From an uncultured virus (IMG/VR IMGVR_UViG_2061766007_000922) (taxonomy: Duplodnaviria > Heunggongvirae > Uroviricota > Caudoviricetes), in IMG/VR virus record IMGVR_UViG_2061766007_000922: a stretch of DNA of 64,000 nt. The stretch is one strand, 5' to 3'. The notes below the pieces were generated by a model that did not search any database, had not been told where the DNA came from, and saw only the letters and a list, made by a program, of their open reading frames with translations. A program made the position numbers and the translations under genes. Positions 57,509 through 64,000 of this stretch are shown here, in pieces. Positions within the stretch are counted from its first letter, which is position 1. Each line of letters opens with the position of its first letter.

Positions 57509-58012
57509 ATGCTCTCCCCGATTACTAAGGACATTTCCGACTACTCCGTCCATTTCAGACCGCTTCCGGCAACAAGGGCTTTCGTTCTTGCAAAGAGGGT
57601 GGGCGCCTTTGCGCTTCCCGTCTTGAAGTCTATCGACCTCTCGAACCTTGGCGGCGAAATCGACTTGAACAAGATAATCGACGGAATATCGAACGCACTT
57701 GCATCGTTGCCCGATGACGAGGCCGTTGACATCATCGTTGACAGCCTCCGCGGTTCCACTATCACGGCGCCCGGACAGGCCCCGGTCGAGATTACGGACA
57801 GGGCTCAAGTCGATGCGCTTTTTGCAGGAGACCTTGAAACCATGTACCAGATTGTTTTCGAGGCGTGGAAATACAACAAGCTCGCCCCTTTCAAGTTGGC
57901 GGCTCGCTTTGGTCTGCAAACGAAAGTAACAGATACCTCAAGCGAAGCCGCAGGCACAGAGACGAAACGTGGGCCGCGATTGGCAATGTCGGGAGTCTCG
58001 CCGATGAAGTAG
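57509..58012 (+). CDS. Tail assembly chaperone
   Basis: Between tube and tape measure. Confidence 0.7.
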   Translation: MLSPITKDISDYSVHFRPLPATRAFVLAKRVGAFALPVLKSIDLSNLGGEIDLNKIIDGISNALASLPDDEAVDIIVDSLRGSTITAPGQAPVEITDRAQVDALFAGDLETMYQIVFEAWKYNKLAPFKLAARFGLQTKVTDTSSEAAGTETKRGPRLAMSGVSPMK

Positions 58013-58209
58013 AGGACAGGTGGCCCATATTGCGTTTGGTCGTAGATATGGGCGTTTCCTTGTCCGAGGTCGAGAAATGGGACCTTGACGATATAAGGCA
58101 CTTCAATTCAATACTTGACATGCGGCAGGATTGCGAGAGCGCGGCTGACGCATACCAGGCAGAACAGATGAAGAAGTCGCAACAACAGAGCAATGAACGG
58201 AGACGCTAG
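57886..58209 (+). CDS. -1 frameshift extension of tail assembly chaperone
   Basis: In-frame C CCT TTC heptamer at 57886-57892; -1 frame encodes SLSEVEKWDLDDI..ILD. Confidence 0.6.
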   Translation, partial: PFQVGGSLWSANESNRYLKRSRRHRDETWAAIGNVGSLADEVEDRWPILRLVVDMGVSLSEVEKWDLDDIRHFNSILDMRQDCESAADAYQAEQMKKSQQQSNERRR

Positions 58210-58211
58210 GC

Positions 58212-60269
58212 ATGGTTATCGAGGAACTATTTACACGGCTCGGCTTTCNNNNNNNNNNAGGCCTGATTTCTCTTGCAAAGACGGGCGTAGAAGCCGCAAT
58301 GACGATGGAAGGGCTTAACGCCCAATTTACCGTCATGACCGGGAGCGCTGAAAAGGCGCGTGACGTAATCGCACAGATTGCGGACTTTGCGGCACATACT
58401 CCGTTCGACAAGCTCGGTCTTTCAAGTGCAGCAAAGACATTGATNNNNNNNNNNAGGTAGACCCGAAGGGAATCGACAAGGCGAAGGACGCGCTTGGTAG
58501 TTTCAAGAAGTGGGTCGGCGGTCTCGCTCTAGGCGCGGGCTTGATTTCGCTTGCAAAGACAGGCGTAGAAGCCGCAATGACGATGGAAGGGCTAAACGCC
58601 CAATTTACCGTCATGACCGGGAGCGCTGAAAAGGCGCGTGACGTAATCGCACAGATTGCGGACTTCGCGGCCCATACTCCGTTCGACAAGCTCGGTCTTT
58701 CAAGTGCAGCAAAGACGTTGATGGCGTTCGGCCTTGAATCCGAAAAGGTGGTCCCGACGCTAAAGATGCTCGGTGACGTTGCTGGTGCAGACCAGAACAA
58801 GCTAAACGGTCTCGCTCTCGTTTTCGGTCAAATTCAGAGCACAGGCAAGCTGATGGGGCAGGACTTGCTCCAGCTCATCAACCAGGGCTTCAACCCTCTT
58901 ACGGAAATATCGAAGCAGACCGGCATTTCTGTAGCCGACCTCAAGGACAAGATGTCGCAGGGCGCAATTAGCGCCGACATGGTGACGCTCGCATTCAAGA
59001 GCGCCACAAGCGCTGGAGGCCTGTTCTACGGAAACCTTGAATCACAGAGCCAGACATTGCAGGGTCGCATTTCGACGCTAAAGGACAACTTTGTTACGGC
59101 GTTGCAGAACATGGCNNNNNNNNNNGGGTGGCCTGTTCTACGGAAACCTCGAATCACAGAGCCAGACCTTGCAGGGCCGCATTTCGACGCTAAAGGACAA
59201 CTTTGTTACGGCGTTGCAGAACATGGCGGAGGCGTTCCTTCCGCTGCTAAAGAACGGCGTCGATATGCTTGTTGCGTATGATTGGACGCCCATTGTCGAA
59301 ACGGTAAAATCTTTCGGAAACGCCTTGACATCAATTCCNNNNNNNNNNCCCGATCGGTATTGCGTTGGTCGCTATAGAAGGCTTTGTAGCGGCGTACAAC
59401 TGGCTTGAAGGNNNNNNNNNNTTGATGAAAGCCGGAGTTGACGTTCTTGTTGCTTTTGAATGGAAGCCTATAATAGCAGAAGTAAGGCATATAGCATACG
59501 AAGTAGGGGTATTTGTCGAGGAATTGGGAACCGTTGTAAAATGGCTAAAAATTCTTTCACCGCTTCTACTGGCTGTTTTTGGTCCTAAATTGATCGCTAT
59601 GCTATTGTCTGCTATTAGCGGTACTAGACTATATGCAGGGGCTTTAACATTTGTTCAAAGAGCGCAGCTTGCTGCTGGAGCTTCGGCTAACTATCATCTT
59701 ACTGCTTTGGGCATGCTTAAAGCGGGTATGTACTCNNNNNNNNNNNNNNNNNNGCGGAGCATTAAAAGGCGCTTTCAAAGCCGCGTTAAGTCCTATGATG
59801 CTTGCTCTCGAAACATTGTTGTCTATAAAGTTGATGTATGATTATTTTATAGAAGATGCCGCTGAAAACCTAAAGAAAGAATTTGAAGAAAAAGACATAA
59901 AGCGTTTCAGAAAAGGTGGAACTGCTGAATATGAGACCGGAATGAGTGAAATGGTGTATAAGTCTGAAAAGAAGAAATATACTAAGTTGATTCTTTCGAC
60001 AGAACCCATATCGGACGAAGAATTAGAAAAAGCACGTAAGAGTTACGAAGATTCAAAAAGACAGTATCAAGAAAATGTAGCTCTTTATAAGGCTGCTAGG
60101 GGTATAGATTGGAGAACATACAAGAATAAACTAGGCAAAAGCGACAAAAGAAGCACGTTCGAACAAATTACAGGAAATGTTAGCATTGGCGGAGATTCCG
60201 ACTTGGCAAAACAAATCGTCGAAATGACGAAGGCGCTAAACGAAAGTTCTAAATCGACGAAAAAGAACA
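58212..60269 (+). CDS. Tape measure protein (fragmented, duplicated pieces)
   Basis: MVIEELFTRLGF, FAAHTPF, GKLMGQDLLQL, SQTLQGRISTLKDN. Confidence 0.85.
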
Positions 60270-60516
60270 NNNNNNNNNNNNNNNNNNNNNNNNNNNNNNN
60301 NNNNNNNNNNNNNNNNNNNNNNNNNNNNNNNNNNNNNNNNNNNNNNNNNNNNNNNNNNNNNNNNNNNNNNNNNNNNNNNNNNNNNNNNNNNNNNNNNNNN
60401 NNNNNNNNNNNNNNNNNNNNNNNNNNNNNNNNNNNNNNNNNNNNNNNNNNNNNNNNNNNNNNNNNNNNNNNNNNNNNNNNNNNNNNNNNNNNNNNNNNNN
60501 NNNNNNNNNNNNNNNN

Positions 60517-61599
60517 CAACGGAACGGACACGGTGACTACTATTCGTTCCATAGCTATGCGCTCTCTCAAGCGTCCGTTCACTTGCACTCCAGTATGTCT
60601 TGGATTCAAGCCCGGTGCAACCGCTGCCGATGTAATCGACTCCATTTGCGCAATATTGGGGCTTGTGCCGTATGGCAAGGAAATGGCTACAGAAGTTTCT
60701 TTCCCGTCCGGGTGGACTTTTGTAGGAAACGTGATAAACGCCATGAAGAAGCTCGCGCAGGATTTGGAAACAAAGGGAATTGGCATATATGTAGACCTTG
60801 CCGAAATGGTCGTTTTCCGTCACAGGACNNNNNNNNNNATTTGTAGGCAACGTGATGAACGCCATGAAGAAGCTTGCGCAGGATTTGGAAACAAAGGGCA
60901 TGGGCATATATGTAGACCTTGCCGAAATGGTCGTTTTCCGTCACAGGACGGACAGTTCCTATTCCATTGCGTACCTTACGCCAGACAGTGGCCTTCTTAA
61001 CCTCGAAAACACCACAGACTATGTAGGATTCGCGAGGACAAGCATTGAAGACATGGCGAGCAAGGTAGGCGAGAAACCGAAGAGTGGCGAAGTAGTCTTG
61101 AAGCCAGAAGATGTAGACGATGTTTACGCGCAGCTNNNNNNNNNNCGAAGATGTAGACGATGTTTACTCGCAGCTGGACAAGATTTTCACGAACATGAAA
61201 AAGACCTATTCCGCGAAAACGATGGTCATACCGAAATTGCGACCTAACGCTCTTGTGCGTATAAACGACGAACGGCGCGGTGTGCATGACGGCCTGTTCG
61301 TAGTTGACAAGATGGAGGTAAGCGTGGGCAACGGCCCCAATTCTGCCTTCTCGATGGACCTTAACCTGATTGAGGCNNNNNNNNNNTCGCAACTGGACAA
61401 GATTTTTACGAACATGAAAAAGACCTATTCCGCGAAAACGATGGTCATCCCGAAATTGCGCCCTAACGCTCTTGTGCGTATAAACGACGAACGGCGCGGG
61501 GTGCATGACGGCCTGTTCGTAGTTGACAAAATGGAGGTAAGCGTTGGCAACGGCCCAAATTCTGCCTTCTCGATGGACCTTAACCTGATTGAGGCGTAG
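60517..61599 (+). CDS. Baseplate hub protein (fragmented)
   Basis: LTPDSGLL, IPKLRPNALVRI..GLFVV. Confidence 0.65.
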
Positions 61600-61601
61600 C
61601 T

Positions 61602-62399
61602 ATGAGTTTGCCATCAATGCTAGACGCTTATTTAGCGAACGCCTTGAGCGGAGTCCACACATCGCTTGTGGCGACCGTCACGGCATACGACGAGAAAACG
61701 CATAGGGCCACTGTAAAGCCTTCCGTGCGAATGCTGATGGATAACGGAATACAGATTGAATTNNNNNNNNNNCATGCTGATGGATAACGGAATACAGATT
61801 GAATTGCCGGAGCTTGTCGATGTACCGGTGGTGTTCCCTAGTTCTAAGGCTTTTGACATGGAGTTTCCTTTGGACAAGGGCGACGGGGTGCTTCTCGTAT
61901 TCCAGGAGCAGGATATTTCCGCGTGGAAGAACGGAGACAANNNNNNNNNNATTCCCTAGTTCAAAGGCGTTTGACATGGAATTTCCTTTGGACAAGGGCG
62001 ACGGTGTACTTCTCGTATTCCAGGAGCAGGATATTTCCGCATGGAAAAACGGAGACAGGAACGCGGCTCCTTCCGTATCTTCTAGATTCGGCCTTGATTC
62101 CGCCATTGCCATTCCTGGATGTTTCCCGAAGCCGACGAAGGGAAAGGCGCGCATTGTGGTGGACTCGGACGGTGTGATTACCTGGGAAGCGAAGAAGATG
62201 GTATTTAACGAGCAAGTCGTTTTCAACGATGATGTAATCGCCCGTACTGATGTGTACGTAGGCGCTGGGGTCGGCCCCGGCGTATCGCTAAAGCAGCACA
62301 CNNNNNNNNNNTGTATCGCTCAAGCAGCACACGCACATAACGCCTGCGGGACCGTCTAACGCACCGTCACCACTTACACCCATACCGCCGGAGAAATAG
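61602..62399 (+). CDS. Baseplate spike (Gp138-like; fragmented)
   Basis: VHTSL, LVDVPVVFP, FPLDKGDGVLLVF, C-terminal SLKQHTH. Confidence 0.8.
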
Positions 62400-62402
62400 A
62401 AC

Positions 62403-62678
62403 ATGGCATTGAACTTGACACAATTCAAGAAAGACCTAAAGGCGTCAATGAAAGCCGCCGCAGAGTCCAACAAGGAGCTTTCTCCGAACGACCCGGCAGC
62501 GGCTCTCGACAAGGCGATGGAAAACATTGCGAACGCCATAGCGGAAAAGGTGGACGCCTACATAAAGACAATGACGATAACGATTCCAATCGGTGGCGTT
62601 GTTGTTACGCAGACAACTACTTCGCCATCGCCACAGTCAAACGTCGATCCTATAGTCGTTACAGACTGCGTATCATGA
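62403..62678 (+). CDS. Hypothetical baseplate-region protein
   Basis: MALN..IANAIAEKVDAYIK. Confidence 0.6.
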   Translation: MALNLTQFKKDLKASMKAAAESNKELSPNDPAAALDKAMENIANAIAEKVDAYIKTMTITIPIGGVVVTQTTTSPSPQSNVDPIVVTDCVS

Positions 62679-62807
62679 CGGATTAAGTCCGGGCAGGGTG
62701 AGCGCCAGCCCGGATTCGGGAGGCCATCTTGTCCGGGCGCCTTTTTAGGTAAAAAATTTTGTCATATATAGGAACGAAATAAGTTATATTTAAAAACGGA
62801 TAAGACT

Positions 62808-63170
62808 ATGGAACTATCACTCGACAAAGACACATGGGACTTGCATCTTGACGCAACGGGCAATATCGCCACCGTTGGCGAAGCCGATTTTCCGTCGTTG
62901 CTTTCGCAGCGCATTACGCACAGATTGCAGACTTTCAAGGGCGAGTGTTTCCTTGACCGTGAAATAGGGGTTCCCTATTATGAGGAAATCCTAAAGAAAA
63001 ACCCGGACCTTGGACGCATACGATCGCTTCTATCTTCCGTAATTTCGGGTGTTGACGGAGTGGACAAGATACTATCGCTTGATTTGTCGTTTGACAGAAA
63101 AACAAGACTGCTGTCTGTCACATTCCGAGTACTGGATCAAGACGGATCAATCGCTACAGGAGAAGTTTAG
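62808..63170 (+). CDS. Baseplate wedge/sheath initiator (gp25-like)
   Basis: RLQTFKGECFLD..GVPY..GVDGV. Confidence 0.8.
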   Translation: MELSLDKDTWDLHLDATGNIATVGEADFPSLLSQRITHRLQTFKGECFLDREIGVPYYEEILKKNPDLGRIRSLLSSVISGVDGVDKILSLDLSFDRKTRLLSVTFRVLDQDGSIATGEV

Positions 63171-63173
63171 ATT

Positions 63174-64000
63174 ATGGGAACTTATGTAACCGAAAGCGGT
63201 CTCAAGAGAAAGACCTTGCAGGAGTTGCGCGTCGAGTTTGAAAACAAGTTCAAGCAAGTTTTCGGCGTAACCTTCGAAACCGCCGTGGACAGCCCTAACG
63301 GGCTCCTCGTTTCGCAGCTCGCCCTGTCCTATAACGACCTTTGGGAACTCGCACAGGAGATTTACTCCAGCCTCGACCCGAACCAGGCCGTAGGCGCGGA
63401 GCTCGACGCACGTGCTGCCTTCAACGGCGTTTCGCGTAAACCGGCGCTGCCCTGCACAGTCGATGCCGTCCTCTATACTAGCGGTGACAGCGCGACGATC
63501 CCGGCCGGATCACTCGCAAAGCGGCAACGCGGCAACCTGAATTTCTCGCTTGACGAGACCGTGACAATTTCCCGCGCCTCTTGCGACGAACTCATGATTG
63601 TGGATAACAGCTCCGCGAAAAACACGGAATACGTTTTCCATTTCACGTTTGGCGATGTGACGCTGAACAACTCAACCTCGGCGTCCAACATTTCCGTTCT
63701 CGCGTCCGCAATCGCATCAGCGGGCGGCACAGCGACCGAAACGGCACGCGGGCTTCGGGTCTATGACGAAGACTGCACGCCCGTGGGAATCACCGGGACC
63801 ATGCCAGACGATTTCATCATATTGTCCGGCAAAAATGGCGACTTTACTGCAGTCGATCTGGGCTACCAGACTTGCGAAATTGGCGAGCTTGATACCATTG
63901 CCGTCGGCGTAAGCGGCTGGAACTCCGTCTACAACTACGTGGCCGGTGACCCTGGCGAGGACTTGGAATCCGACGAATCTTTGAGGGTTCGCCGTGCAGC
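63174..64000 (+). CDS. Baseplate J-like protein, N-terminal part (runs off window)
   Basis: MGTYVTESGLKRKTL..DSPNG..LDPNQAVGAELD..ESDESLRVRR; absent from the ORF track. Confidence 0.85.
   Translation, partial: MGTYVTESGLKRKTLQELRVEFENKFKQVFGVTFETAVDSPNGLLVSQLALSYNDLWELAQEIYSSLDPNQAVGAELDARAAFNGVSRKPALPCTVDAVLYTSGDSATIPAGSLAKRQRGNLNFSLDETVTISRASCDELMIVDNSSAKNTEYVFHFTFGDVTLNNSTSASNISVLASAIASAGGTATETARGLRVYDEDCTPVGITGTMPDDFIILSGKNGDFTAVDLGYQTCEIGELDTIAVGVSGWNSVYNYVAGDPGEDLESDESLRVRRA

Noticed and set aside
58212..62340. Direct repeats resembling TR/VR pairs or arrays in the tape measure, hub and spike genes
   Set aside because: Overlaps flank N gaps and differ mostly at synonymous sites rather than only at adenines; assembly artefacts.

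Overview
Nearly complete, circularly permuted genome (~64 kb) of a contractile-tailed dsDNA phage. A Fibrobacter-like host is inferred from a FISUMP-domain tail protein. It is a gapped metagenomic scaffold that stitches together at least two related phages: there are duplicated alleles across N gaps and a sharp change in GATC/TCGA/AGCT usage. Modules: tail fibre/lysis (1.4-10 kb); leftward replication, recombination and DNA-modification genes (10-28.6 kb); rightward replisome and early genes (28.8-45.2 kb); packaging, head and tail (45.3-64 kb). No integrase, tRNA, CRISPR array or reverse transcriptase was seen. Most interesting signals: (1) a shared C-terminal [DE][DE]LF clamp-binding-like peptide on PolB, a helicase-methylase, a sigma-like factor and its neighbour; (2) a PLP enzyme plus unusual methylase-like genes suggesting an undescribed DNA hypermodification, with two of these genes broken at simple repeats; (3) a promoter-driven ~430-nt structured non-coding region with a tandem covarying motif; (4) a type II hammerhead ribozyme among repeated early-promoter cassettes; (5) a DGR-type variable region with no TR/RT in view; (6) two MuF-zincin alleles with a pair of paralogous small proteins. 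All family assignments come from motif recognition by eye, not database searches.
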